Assembly: GCA_963807605.1 (NCBI GenBank)
Contig: CAWECG010000001.1
Location: 448,001 to 512,000 of the forward strand
DNA: 64,000 nt
Source: Candidatus Bathyarchaeota archaeon
Lineage (GTDB): Archaea; Thermoproteota; Bathyarchaeia; 40CM-2-53-6; RBG-13-38-9
Direction: 5' to 3'
The notes beneath the pieces were generated by a model. The model did no database searches. It was not told where the DNA came from and worked only from the letters and a program-made list of their open reading frames with translations. The translations under genes were made by a program, and so were the position numbers. Positions 53,229 to 63,898 of the stretch are shown here, one piece after another. The stretch's first letter is position 1, and each line of letters starts with the position of its first letter.

Positions 53229-53579
53229 CTATTCACTTTCTTGGCGAATATTTGGAACCATGCAGAGAAACTTCAAAATCGTATTGCTGGTATTGGTTAT
53301 CTGATGCCTTTCATTGGGTGCTATGAATACTACGTCCCCTTTCCTCAGTGGGTATTCGCCTTCCTCACTCGTTATTGTCCCTTCTCCTTCGAGCAGGTAT
53401 ACTTCATGCTCCCACGGATGATGGTGTAGTGGACTGAAACCTTCGGGGTCGATCTCGAAGAGCCGCATGGCAAAATTTGGTGCACCAATCTTTTCAGTTA
53501 TCAACCACCTGACGTGGACTCCTTCAGCCCCCTCTGCCTCGGTATCTGCAGGGATGCTTTCATAACTGAAGATTTTCAT
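53229..53579 (-). CDS. Cupin-domain protein
   Basis: GAPNFAMR, PLHHHPWEHE and PNERHQ. Confidence 0.9.
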   Translation of the reverse strand: MKIFSYESIPADTEAEGAEGVHVRWLITEKIGAPNFAMRLFEIDPEGFSPLHHHPWEHEVYLLEGEGTITSEEGEYPLRKGDVVFIAPNERHQITNTSNTILKFLCMVPNIRQESE

Positions 53580-53627
53580 TATAGTCTCCCTTCTACGGGT
53601 ATCAACTCACACGTTCTATTCGCATTA

Positions 53628-54764
53628 TTATAGTTCGAAAACGAAGACTGCTCTGTTGAGAATGTCCCTTATTGGTAGTTGTTGTGGGCAGAGAGTTTCA
53701 CATCTTCCGCATCTGGCACATTTCTTGGCTTGACTCTTGGATGGGATATTCTTCCTGTATTTCTTCTTGATCGCGTCGCCCCTATCTTTAGCATAGTATT
53801 CGTTGTAGAGCGCGATTATCTGGGGGATGTTCACCCCCTCAGGGCAAGGCATACAATACCCGCAGCCTGTGCAACCAATGTATCCAAGTTCTCTGTATCT
53901 CTGTGTGAGTTGATTGACGAGGTTGAGTGCTTTTTTCGATAAAGTGCCCGGTCCGGAATGTTCGGCTGTCTCCAGGTTCTCTATAACCTGCTTCATCGTG
54001 CTCATGCCGCTCAGAACAACTGATACCTCTGGACGATTCCAAACCCATTGAAGGGCTAACCTCGCTGGTGTACTCTTGACTCCCGATTGATCCCAGAGAG
54101 TTTCTATTGCGGAGGGCGGCTTGACCGCCAGGTTTCCGCCAGCTAAGGGTTCCATGACAACGATTCCGAGACCTTTCGAAGCCGCGTATCTGAGCCCTTT
54201 TGTTCCTGCTTGATACTCGGTATCTGTATAGTTGTACTGGATCTGACAGAAAACCCACCTGTCGTAGCTATCTATGATATCCTTGAACACTGGATACTCA
54301 TCATGGAAGCTGAAACCGAGGTGTCTGATCTTGCCCTCGTCAATCTTCTTCTCAGCCCACTCAGTTACTTTGAATTTCTGTAGCTTTGACCAGCTCCCCT
54401 TGTTGAGCCCATGAAGTAGATAAAAATCTACATAGTCCACTTGAAGCCTGCCGAGCTGTTCATTCAAATACTTATCCATGTCTTGTTGAGACTTGATTAA
54501 CCAGCTTGGCATCTTCGTTGCTAACTTGATCTTCTTACGATAACCATCCTGCAATACTTTGCCAACTAAGACTTCACTTGTTCCTCGGTGGTACGGGTAA
54601 GCTGTGTCTATGTAGTTAACGCCATTATCTATAGCGTATCGCATCATCTTGATCGCTAGTGGCTCATTGATCTTTACATCCCCAGCGACGAGGGGCAACC
54701 TCATTGCCCCGAATCCTAGAACAGACACTTTCCAGTTAAGTTTCCCGAATCTTCTGTATCTCAT
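53628..54764 (-). CDS. Aldo/keto reductase with C-terminal 4Fe-4S dicluster
   Basis: LGFGAMRLP, DTAYPYH, LATK, YLLH, CTGCGYCMPCP and CARCGRCETLCP. Confidence 0.92.
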   Translation of the reverse strand: MRYRRFGKLNWKVSVLGFGAMRLPLVAGDVKINEPLAIKMMRYAIDNGVNYIDTAYPYHRGTSEVLVGKVLQDGYRKKIKLATKMPSWLIKSQQDMDKYLNEQLGRLQVDYVDFYLLHGLNKGSWSKLQKFKVTEWAEKKIDEGKIRHLGFSFHDEYPVFKDIIDSYDRWVFCQIQYNYTDTEYQAGTKGLRYAASKGLGIVVMEPLAGGNLAVKPPSAIETLWDQSGVKSTPARLALQWVWNRPEVSVVLSGMSTMKQVIENLETAEHSGPGTLSKKALNLVNQLTQRYRELGYIGCTGCGYCMPCPEGVNIPQIIALYNEYYAKDRGDAIKKKYRKNIPSKSQAKKCARCGRCETLCPQQLPIRDILNRAVFVFEL

Positions 54765-54907
54765 TGCAATACCTTGCAGGACTTGTCAGGACCAGTCAGT
54801 CATCCGGGCGGAATATGCACAAACTGAAATGATGCCAAGGAGATGTAATCGCTATTGATACGCCTTAAAGTTACTATTAGAGCTATGTGAAGCGCGTGTA
54901 TCCGTCA

Positions 54908-55819
54908 CTATGTGTGGCTGAGGCCTGCCATTTCCTTCATTACTTCCATTACCACAGAGTAATCCAGATCGCCTTTTCCTTTTGCCTTCGCTATCGTGTA
55001 TATCTCGTTTACAATACTTGCGGTGGGAGTTGGCACATCTAGATTTCGAGTTTCTTCTTTTACAAGGTTCATATCTTTGCACATGAGTCTTAATGCAAAG
55101 GCAGTCTCATAGTTGCCACTTATCATCGATTTACCTTTTACTTCGCTTCCGCCCGATTTAGCTCCAGTTGAATTTATTATTTCAACCATCAACTCGGGGT
55201 CTAATCCAGCTTTCATGCCAAAGACAAGAGCCTCAGCTAGGGCTTGAAGATTAATGGCATTGAGCATGTTATTAACGAGTTTCATGTACGACCCCATTCC
55301 ATTTTTTCCGACATAGAAGGTTTTTTTGCCCATCGCCATCAGGATTTCCAAATTCTTCTCGTATACCTGTTTCTTACCGCCAACTAGGAAAATCAGAGTT
55401 CCTTCTTCAGCCTGTCTTTTGCTTCCTGTAACTGGAGCGTCGAGCATTCCGATACCTTTCTTTTCTGCTTCATTAGCAATCTTTACTGAAGATCTCGGGG
55501 AGATGGTGCTGCAGTCTATTATGGCAGCACCTTCCATAACTCCTTCCAACACTCCATTATTTCCGAGTATTACATCCTCCACCGCGGGAGAATCACTAAG
55601 CATAGTTACAATCGTGTCAGACTTCGCACCCACTTCTTTAGGTGACTTTGCCACGAACGCACCCATTTTCCTTAACTCCTCGGCCTTTTCTAGAGATCTA
55701 TTGTAAACACTCAGTGAATATCCAGCTTTGATTAAGTTCTTGGCCATTCTGCTTCCCATAATCCCCAAACCGATAAAGCCAATTTTCTTTGACACTTTCG
55801 TTCCCAAAACACCTTTCAC
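54908..55819 (-). CDS. 3-hydroxyisobutyrate dehydrogenase/2-hydroxy-3-oxopropionate reductase family
   Basis: GFIGLGIMG, DAPVTG, KLVNN and KD..L. Confidence 0.9.
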   Translation of the reverse strand: MKGVLGTKVSKKIGFIGLGIMGSRMAKNLIKAGYSLSVYNRSLEKAEELRKMGAFVAKSPKEVGAKSDTIVTMLSDSPAVEDVILGNNGVLEGVMEGAAIIDCSTISPRSSVKIANEAEKKGIGMLDAPVTGSKRQAEEGTLIFLVGGKKQVYEKNLEILMAMGKKTFYVGKNGMGSYMKLVNNMLNAINLQALAEALVFGMKAGLDPELMVEIINSTGAKSGGSEVKGKSMISGNYETAFALRLMCKDMNLVKEETRNLDVPTPTASIVNEIYTIAKAKGKGDLDYSVVMEVMKEMAGLSHT

Positions 55820-56042
55820 CTGTTTCGCTTAAGTACCTATCTTTCTTCTAGAGCGCTTGTTCCAAATAATGGGCGGGGATCCTTGGACCTTTGAAACCTA
55901 AAGCTCTCTTTGTGTTCCTGACAGTCACATCTTGACACAACCTCTATACATCTTGCCAGTAAACACACTATAGCGCCCACCGATCATGGTCCACCCTTAT
56001 TCTTTTATATTGACATCAATGAAACTTCGAAGATGACGGACT

Positions 56043-56732
56043 TTGGAAATCATAAAGGGCATACATGAGGTAGACGATGTCAATGGCCACGTCTATCTTG
56101 TAGTTGATGATGCTGAGTTGGTTCTTATTGATACAGGGATGCCACGGAGTGCAAGGAAGATTATCGATTACATTACTAAGATAAATAAAGAGCCCTCAGA
56201 GGTCAAATGGATCGTACTCACCCACTGCCACTTAGATCACATAGGCAGTGTACAGAAGCTTAAAGCTCTTACAGGAGCGGCAGTTGCCGTTCATGAAGGC
56301 GATGCCGAATTTGTCGCGGGAAAGAAGATCATGCCATCCCCAAAAGGTGTTATCGGCATTCTCATTAAAGTCGCCTCATTCTTCTTCAAGACGACACCAG
56401 TTCAGCCGGACATAATCCTACACGAAGGGGACAGAATCGGTAAGCTGACCGTTATTCATACACCTGGCCATACACCCGGGAGCATTTCGCTATATGACTC
56501 TCAGAGGAAAGTAATCTTTGTCGGGGACGCTTTAAGATTCGTCGACGGCAAAATTGAGAGCCCACCGGAGCGATTCACAATCGATATGGATGAAGCTTTG
56601 AAATCTATTGGGAAGATATGTCAGCTGGAGTTTGATGTGATGTTGAGTGGACATGGAGAGCCACTGAAACCAGACGCGTCACATAGGGTGAAAGAGTTCT
56701 ACACATCTGTACAAAATGACTCCCCTGCTTAG
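56043..56732 (+). CDS. MBL-fold metallo-hydrolase
   Basis: LIDTG, THCHLDHIG, HTPGHTPGS, VGD and SGHG. Confidence 0.9.
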   Translation: MEIIKGIHEVDDVNGHVYLVVDDAELVLIDTGMPRSARKIIDYITKINKEPSEVKWIVLTHCHLDHIGSVQKLKALTGAAVAVHEGDAEFVAGKKIMPSPKGVIGILIKVASFFFKTTPVQPDIILHEGDRIGKLTVIHTPGHTPGSISLYDSQRKVIFVGDALRFVDGKIESPPERFTIDMDEALKSIGKICQLEFDVMLSGHGEPLKPDASHRVKEFYTSVQNDSPA

Positions 56733-56793
56733 GGCACGGAATTCAGTCACTGCATTGACAGGTATAATTAAGCTACACCTGAGACGTATACTA

Positions 56794-56816
56794 TAGCGCG
56801 CACGCCCCGCGCGCTA
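56794..56816. repeat. Perfect 8-bp inverted repeat TAGCGCGC-N7-GCGCGCTA
   Basis: Two head-to-head copies of the recurrent (CG)n-TA motif. Confidence 0.7.
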
Positions 56817-56862
56817 CATTTTTAAGATTATCTTTTGATCGAAGGCACAGGTTGGACTCGTA

Positions 56863-58131
56863 TTGCCAGTTGATCTTTCAAGTGATATTTGTGGCGTTCA
56901 CTTCACAAACCCGTTCATACTCTCGTCAGCCACGCCCACAAAGACTGCCAAAAACATTCTTAGAGGGATAGAAGCCGGTTGGGGTGGAGCTGTTGTTAAA
57001 GCGCTTTCTCCTCTAGATTATAATAGGCTCTATCCTAGACCAAGATTCAAGATCTATTGGCTTAAAGATCAGGGAGCATACCCCAAGATCCTTCCCAGAG
57101 CACTGACGATAACAGACATTGAGGAATCCTCCCATCTGGCTCCTGAAGATTGGGTGAAAGAGCTGGACGAAGCAAAGAAGCTTGCAGGCGACGAGGCCGT
57201 GATCATCGGGCAAATAACCGCTGGCGACATGGAGACTTGGGAGAGTTACATTGAGCTGGTGAACGGTTCAAGAGCGGACATGTTAGAGCTAAACTTCTCA
57301 TGCCCATATGCTGGAGAGCCTGGAACACAGAAGAAGGGGGAGAAGATCGGATGGCCTCTGATGTACATGGCTGAAGAGGTCATAAGGCTTGCTAAGAGGA
57401 AATGCGCCATACCATTTAGCCCCAAGATCTCCTCCCAAACAGGGGAGGTTGATGAGTGGGCAACAAGATTTGAGAGTGCAGGTGCACCGTGCCTAACTCT
57501 GTCGCATAGAATCTCAACCTTGGACATTGACATAAAGACTGCAAAGCCCGTGCCATTCGGCTGCATCATGGGCTTCGGTGGACCCTACCTAGTCGGATTT
57601 TCACTCAAATGGATCGCGAAAACAGCGCCGAAAGTGAATGTGCCAATAATGTCGAATATGGGGATGCTTGAATGGAGTGATGCGGTGAAGTACATAATGG
57701 TCGGCGCCTCAGCAGTCCAGAGCTGCTCCGCAGTGATGGTTCAAGGCTATGATGTTGTCAAGCCTTGGCTTACAATGCTGAGCAAATTCATGGAAGAGCA
57801 AGGCTATTCATCAATAAAGGAAATGAAAGGTCTAGCTTTGCCCCACATAGTCCCACCGAGCATGGTTGAGAGAGGAAATGAAGGCGTCTACGCCGTTGTA
57901 AATCCGTCCAAGTGCACAGGATGTGGAATATGTAAACGCTGTTGCTTCTACTTTGCCATAGATCTCAAAAGTGGAAAAGCAGATGTTGATCTCAAGAAGT
58001 GTGACGGATGTGGGCTATGTCAAGAAGTCTGCCCAGAAGACGCGATTGAGGCTAAGAAAATAGCGGATAGAGACATCTATCCTAGACCGGACTCAAAACC
58101 ATACCATAGACACTACATACCCGGCGCATAG
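56863..58131 (+). CDS. Dihydropyrimidine dehydrogenase PreA-like FMN enzyme with C-terminal ferredoxin
   Basis: NPFILSS, AGWGGAVVK, ELNFSCP, GASAVQ, CTGCGIC...C and CDGCGLCQEVCP. Confidence 0.8.
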   Translation: MPVDLSSDICGVHFTNPFILSSATPTKTAKNILRGIEAGWGGAVVKALSPLDYNRLYPRPRFKIYWLKDQGAYPKILPRALTITDIEESSHLAPEDWVKELDEAKKLAGDEAVIIGQITAGDMETWESYIELVNGSRADMLELNFSCPYAGEPGTQKKGEKIGWPLMYMAEEVIRLAKRKCAIPFSPKISSQTGEVDEWATRFESAGAPCLTLSHRISTLDIDIKTAKPVPFGCIMGFGGPYLVGFSLKWIAKTAPKVNVPIMSNMGMLEWSDAVKYIMVGASAVQSCSAVMVQGYDVVKPWLTMLSKFMEEQGYSSIKEMKGLALPHIVPPSMVERGNEGVYAVVNPSKCTGCGICKRCCFYFAIDLKSGKADVDLKKCDGCGLCQEVCPEDAIEAKKIADRDIYPRPDSKPYHRHYIPGA

Positions 58132-58362
58132 TGAAAACAAGAATACATATGCGTGCGAATTCTGGTGCTCCTTCGCGTGTGAATCTATCGCGGGACGCAT
58201 AAGGGCGAATAAGAGCATATTTCTGTATATAGAAAAAATGATTCCTCGTCTTGCAGTATATAGAAGGATTAGGGAGGCGTCTACATCGACCCGTGGTTCT
58301 TTGGCCGTGATAGCGCGCACTCAGAGACTAAGCTCGCAAAAGAACTGACAGTTTTGCTTGAC

Positions 58363-59008
58363 TCATTGTCCGAGAAAAGATTTCATCATGCTTTGGGCGA
58401 TGAGACCGCCTGACGCCTGACCTGGTGAGGATGCTTGGAGTGGATTTCCCCCCCATCACCGCTCGCATGGCGGCTTGCATTGCCGCTGATGAAGTAGGGG
58501 CGCCTGATGCCTTAGCACTCATGAATGACATGGCGGCCGGTGCCAGTTTACTTACAAGATCATTCCCTCCGGGCGTTGCTTGTTGTGACTTTCCAGAGAG
58601 CCTACCGAGCAGCCCCTGCAAGCCGCCAGCACTTGGTTGTGATCCGGTTTGGCTTTGGGAAGCTGATCCGAGCATGTTGTGCAAAAGTAATCCAACGTCA
58701 TTGTTGCTCAGGTTCTGCTGGCCTTGAAACTGGTTAGCGGCTGCTTGAAGCCCCTGCGCATACTGTGAAGAAGTGCTGCCCTGTCCTTGCTCACTCAATT
58801 TTTGAGCAGCGTAACGCAACGCGTCAGAAGGAGGCTGAGATTGCTGAGATTCCAATGCGCTCTTGACGATTCCCAGATTGTTGGCTACATGGTCTCCGTG
58901 ATCGGGGTGGTTGTCTGCATCCATGCTGTTAAGCGTTTCCCGATTACTGTTGACGGCGTTCATTGCTACACCAAACAGTTTAGCGAGATCTGGAGTTGAT
59001 TGAGACAT
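58363..59008 (-). CDS. DhaL/DAK2-like N-terminal domain plus Gly/Gln-rich helical tail; probable 1-nt frameshift in the G7 run at 58448-58454
   Basis: NRETLNSMD...DHGDH..NN resembles the DhaL LN.LD...GDHG.N motif; corrected frame ends MGGNPLQASSPGQASGGLIAQSMMKSFLGQ*. Confidence 0.55.
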
Positions 59009-59318
59009 ATACCATCATCACTGAATCAATCTACATAGGTGCTATTATTGCTATGGGTAGCGTGGGCTTCGCAATCGTCACCCACGTACAGCACGTGTGG
59101 ACTCCGCGCCCTATAAGATCTTTTGGAAGTAGATGAGACATGTTATGATACCGATGAGGTGATGAGTTCATCATCGTCCCATCGGGTTTGAGGATCTTGT
59201 TTGCGGAGATCTTTGTATCGGAGACATTATGCTATCGATGTCACATCAACGACGCGACGAGTGATTGAGCCCAATACGCGCGCGCGTGAACGTCGATAGC
59301 AGCTTGCACTAAGCATCG

Positions 59319-59726
59319 CTACTCTGTAGTTCGTCCGTCAAAGTGCTCCTCACTCGCCATTGCCTCCATTTTGGTGTGACGCACTACTCCGTCTTGGTGC
59401 TCGGGCGGAGAGTAGATCGTGTAGAGTCTGAGGTTTGCTCGCTTAGAAATGTTGACCACATTATGCCTAGCCCCCGCGGGAACGATGACACCATTCCCGT
59501 CTTTGATACGGTGTTCTACGCCGTCAATAATCACTTTTCCTACTCCTGCTTCAAATCTAAAGAATTGATCAACATCCTCGTGGGTCTCTTCACCTATTTC
59601 TTCTCCAGGCTTAAGGCTCATGAGTACGAGTTGACTGTGCTTCCCTGTATACAGCACCCGACGAAAATCAGTGTTCTTCTTGGTCTCTTTCTCAAGACTG
59701 ATTACGTATCCTTTCATTTTTATCAC
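59319..59726 (-). CDS. Cupin-domain protein
   Basis: FRRVLYTG.HSQLVLMSL.PGEEIGEETH..DQFF, HNVVN and LYTIYSPPEH. Confidence 0.9.
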   Translation of the reverse strand: MIKMKGYVISLEKETKKNTDFRRVLYTGKHSQLVLMSLKPGEEIGEETHEDVDQFFRFEAGVGKVIIDGVEHRIKDGNGVIVPAGARHNVVNISKRANLRLYTIYSPPEHQDGVVRHTKMEAMASEEHFDGRTTE

Positions 59727-59871
59727 CGTAAGTTAATTCAACATCCGAGTTCTTATCAATTTAGCTCTTGTCAAAGAGAAGGAATTGTATGAGCAGCCTC
59801 ACATGTATGTGGGCTGTCAAGCGAACCAGATATCAAGTTTTGTCGAGTGCGTGTGGAGAACCTGAGTATAA

Positions 59872-61344
59872 TCAATTCAACTGTTCTTCATTTGAATTGA
59901 TTTTAACCCATTTTTCTTTCTGATGTGTAATTCTTCTTTCAAGATAGCCTAGAGCATGAGCGAGGAATCTTCCCTCTTGTCTGTACGCTCTTCTTAACGT
60001 AGAATCTCGGGACAAGAGTACTTCCTTGAGTTCTGTCATCTCTTTCTTCGGAGAATACTTGACGTAGATTGGTACCCCGATAGCAAGAAGGGCTAGTCCT
60101 ATCGCGATCTGGACAATTGTACATTGAGATATCAGGAATAAAGAGAATATTATTCCTAAGCTTGGGACTGCTAAGCCCCCTCGAAGGTGGTACTTGGGTT
60201 TCATACTCTTCTTTAGAGAGAATACGGATGCGCTAGTCGCTGGGTATGCAACTGCCATAAAGAAAACGGAACTTGCTATGAGCATGCTAAGATTTCCTAC
60301 AATTGAGGCTATCAGCGCCGTAACAGCTTGTGCCAAGACTGCGAGGTAGGGCGTTTTAAATTTCGGATGAATCTTTGCAAAGATACGTGGGAAAAGACCA
60401 TCTACAGCAAGGGCATACGCAAGCCTAGACGTTCCAATCATGCCCGATTCATCAGAACCAGCAACCGAAAAGAGTGCTCCAACACCAACTATTGCTGCAC
60501 CGATCAGCATCAAAGTGGCATTTGCGCTTAGCATAGTCGTGGTTGCTGACGCCAAAGGTGCAACGTCCGAGGCGAGTTGACTCCATGGTCGAACTCCGAA
60601 AAGCACAAAGTTCGTCGTCAAGTAAAAAACGGTTACAATAGATATCCCAAGTACTATGGCCCTTGGAATAGTCTTACCTGGCTCTCTTATTTCATCAGCC
60701 GGTATAGTCGAAATCTCAAACCCTGCATAAGCCCAGAATATCAGCACCAATGCTGCTCCGAAATTTCCCGCCCCATAAGGAAAGAATGGCGAGAAATTTG
60801 ATATGGTGCCAATAGGATGTAGAAGCATATAGATCAATCCGGCTCCTACAAAGAAAACGAGAGGAGTGAGTTTGATAACTGTTAGAACATCGTTGGTTTT
60901 GCCTGCAGCCCTCACTCCTATAATGTTTGAAATTGCCAGAAAAGCCACAAAAAGCACCTTGACTATAGTCTGGACGGTCCATCCAAGATCTGGGTAGAAG
61001 AACATCAAATAGCGGGTAAAGGCAACTGGAAAAACTGCTAGCGAAATCCACTCAGCAAGCCAAAGTGACCAACCAACAATGAACCCGGCAAAAGGACCCT
61101 ATGCCTCCTTAGCGTATGCATATGGTCCTCCAACCTTAGGAAGCATGGCCGCACATTGAGAGAAACTCAATGCGATCACGATGGTCATTATGCCGGCTAT
61201 TATCCAAACAATTAGTGAAGATGGACCAAGGTACCCTGCTCCAAAAGAAGAGGCCACATAGATATCTGCTCCTATTATGGCTCCTACCACAAGATTTGTC
61301 ACGTCAAAGAGTGAAAGCTCTGACCGAAGATCGATCTTCGTCAT
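59872..61344 (-). pseudogene. APC-family amino-acid permease interrupted by an in-frame TAG at 61099-61101
   Basis: GAIIGADIY, GGPYAYAKEA*GPFAGFIVGW, FWAYAGFE and HPKFKTP; both ORF pieces are in the same frame. Confidence 0.85.
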
Positions 61345-61532
61345 TTGCCATCACCGTCTTCGTCTAGGTATCATAGGACTGTCAATCTTTATCTTGCCTG
61401 CGATCCTTTTCTGACATGACCTACGTTAGTTGTATCCGAGTTCAATCTCGCTAAGATCGGTCCGCTCAATAGGAGTGGTTTGATCCTAAGAGGACTCGCT
61501 TATGGAGTGTTGTGTGTCATCGGTTTCGAAGT

Positions 61533-62873
61533 TTAATGTCTTGCTAATGAGCCCAGCGGGTCCCAAAAGGGCAGGACCACCGGCTTGGTGTCAAGGATTT
61601 TCAGGAGTTCTGGAGCGAGATACTCTTTCCTTACTACTACCTCGTAGACGTATTGGTCGAACCATTCATCTATCATATACATGTATCCCTGATCTCCTAT
61701 CGTAGCTCCCCAACTGTTTTCAACGCGCCATTTCTGGGGATTGCCTTTCTCATCGAGGTCAACCCCCGTGATTACCATGGCGTGAGTCATCTCACTATCT
61801 TCATACTCCAATCTTGAAGCCTTATCAAGTTGGAACTTTGTGCTGTAGACTAGTTCATAGTCGTAGATGCTTAGATCCATTGCGCCCATGTCCGTCTGCA
61901 GCATTTTGGCTACGTCACATCCGAACCATACCGCATGATTACCTTTTATCATGTCGACGGTTGCTTTCTTCAGTGTTATCAAGTCGACATTTAGGTAAAG
62001 AGTATCTTGCCCACCGATTACGTTGCCAAGATACTGGACGGTATATGATTTGTCGAAGGGTTTGTCTTTTGTTGGGGCATTGATTAGACTAACATAATTA
62101 TTAAGATCTAATCCTACATATTCATTGTAGAATTCGACTGGCGTAATGTTTCCCCTTCTGTGGAAATTGCCGTCTTTGTCCCGCCACTCCCAGTAAAATG
62201 TCTCTGGAGGGATGCCAAGGTTGATGCACAGTAACCTATAGAATTCTTCCATTAATTCTCTTTTTTTCTTTCTTAGTTCAGTCGTGGAAGCCCTTTCCTG
62301 GTTCATCTCTCGGAGTACTTTGGCATATTCTCTTAGTTTCGTATTGAGCAGAGCATTCATTGGTTCGGAATAGTTGCTATTGGCTGTTTCCGGCATGAAC
62401 GTTTTTGGCATAACGCCGTACTTTTTCAGTAGGTTCACAAACATGTTCCATTGGCCGCCATCTGACATTGGGTCTGAGAGAAGCGCCCCAACTAGCCTGC
62501 CATTCAAGGGCTCTTCCTTCGTTTCAATCACATTTTCCAGGAGGTAGTTGGCTTTCTCCAGTTTGTCCCAAAACATCTGGTATATTTCAGAGAGCTCAAA
62601 TGTTCTCAGATTCAATTTTTTCATGGCTTCAAGAGCCAGTATACTTAGTCCAGAAAATAGCCAGCATCTTCCTGATCTTTCTTGGTTCGTAGCATCTGGC
62701 GACTCGATGAGATCGCTAAAGGTGAAGTTTTGTCTGTCCACTTCTTTTCTACTTAAGGCAACCGCGGCTATACCATTTTCTGTGACGGCATTCATGGAGA
62801 GTATGTTTCTTGGGTCTTTGTTGAAGGATCGTGAAAAAAGTCTCAAATCTTCAATGCATAAACATTTTTCCAA
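61533..62873 (-). CDS. pepC: Aminopeptidase C / bleomycin hydrolase (C1B)
   Basis: NQERSGRCWLF, DGGQW, VWFGCDV, THAMVITG and WRVENSWG; TTG 62873 assumed as start. Confidence 0.92.
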   Translation of the reverse strand: MEKCLCIEDLRLFSRSFNKDPRNILSMNAVTENGIAAVALSRKEVDRQNFTFSDLIESPDATNQERSGRCWLFSGLSILALEAMKKLNLRTFELSEIYQMFWDKLEKANYLLENVIETKEEPLNGRLVGALLSDPMSDGGQWNMFVNLLKKYGVMPKTFMPETANSNYSEPMNALLNTKLREYAKVLREMNQERASTTELRKKKRELMEEFYRLLCINLGIPPETFYWEWRDKDGNFHRRGNITPVEFYNEYVGLDLNNYVSLINAPTKDKPFDKSYTVQYLGNVIGGQDTLYLNVDLITLKKATVDMIKGNHAVWFGCDVAKMLQTDMGAMDLSIYDYELVYSTKFQLDKASRLEYEDSEMTHAMVITGVDLDEKGNPQKWRVENSWGATIGDQGYMYMIDEWFDQYVYEVVVRKEYLAPELLKILDTKPVVLPFWDPLGSLARH

Positions 62874-63173
62874 AAGATACCCTCTGAATATCTTTTTCTT
62901 GTTATAAGATATAAGATAGCTATAAGATGTTGCAAGTCGTTGAAGCATCACATCATTTGTTTCATTGCTAACGGAACGAATTACAGCTGAGGAACACTCA
63001 TTATTCAGATCATTTTGCCACATGATCTCGAAGAGGGAGGCCAGTTCAGCCAGCCCATACCTAGATGGGGACTAGTATATTGAAGAGAAGAAATTACCTA
63101 CGATTAAAGTGTAGGCATAGGACGCTATCTTGCCATCTGATCATTCTCTCTGTAATATCTGGACGCGTCTTAG

Positions 63174-63438
63174 TCATCTTTCCTTGAATAGGAAAAATAT
63201 TATCGAGATTGCCAAAACAGTGGCCGCCACTATCTTGAGTTGAAAACTCGTTTTACGGGTCTTGTGATGAAATGCAAACATCCCCAACAACTCCGCCAAA
63301 GCCTCCTGCCAGAGAGATCAAGAAGAACCACATTTCTGGCACTCTTTCAGAGTCCATCTTTGCACTGAACTTATCGAAACCCATCAGGAGAAGACTGCCG
63401 ACGTTTACAATGAGTAGATAGATCCAGATTAGGTCCAA
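63174..63438 (-). CDS. DUF1294-family membrane protein, frameshifted near 63285
   Basis: LMGFDK..A...RVPE..F..SLAGG..G continues in another frame as GMFAFHHKTRK.SF. Confidence 0.75.
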
Positions 63439-63489
63439 GTTTGGGATCGGCTCACCTTAGTGGAGAAGTGACTACGCCCACCGCGCGCT

Positions 63490-63620
63490 TAGTAAGGCTT
63501 GTTAAGGCTTGTCGAAGCTTACCAACATGCTTCTCTAGCATTCACCAGAACTGTATACAAATACAGCACATAAGCCTAGTAAGCTTCAGAAGGCTTTGGT
63601 AAGCTTATGATAAGGCTTGT
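63490..63620. repeat. Cluster of short (T)AAG(G)CTT repeats
   Basis: TAAGGCTTGT twice in tandem, AAGCTT, TAAGCCT, TAAGCTT, AAGGCTT, TAAGCTT and TAAGGCTTGT within 130 bp. Confidence 0.5.
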
Positions 63621-63898
63621 TTGATACGCTTTTGTAGCTTCAGTATGCTAATGTGTACCACTGAAGTATACACTTTGAGACACTTGAACACTGTATCCTT
63701 AGGCATTGAAGACACACTAATCATCATCTGCAAGCACTATCTCAGGCTCAAGTATGTGTACATATGTACGCCTAGCGACCATGACCATAGGATAGAGATG
63801 AACCATAGTAGAATGTACTATGTACTAAGTACCTCGTTGCCGGCCAGAAAGTACAGCACGCGCGCGCGTAAAAAGATGCACGAGTGACGGAGTGTAGG

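Noticed and set aside
59151-59185. Fluoride-riboswitch-like GGTGATGAGTTC hairpin
   Set aside because: The downstream CTGATG pseudoknot element is missing and no fluoride-related gene follows
61099-61101. Genome-wide pyrrolysine recoding of TAG
   Set aside because: Many complete genes here end at TAG (for example 14592, 19633, 27393, 42448) and no pyl genes are in the window
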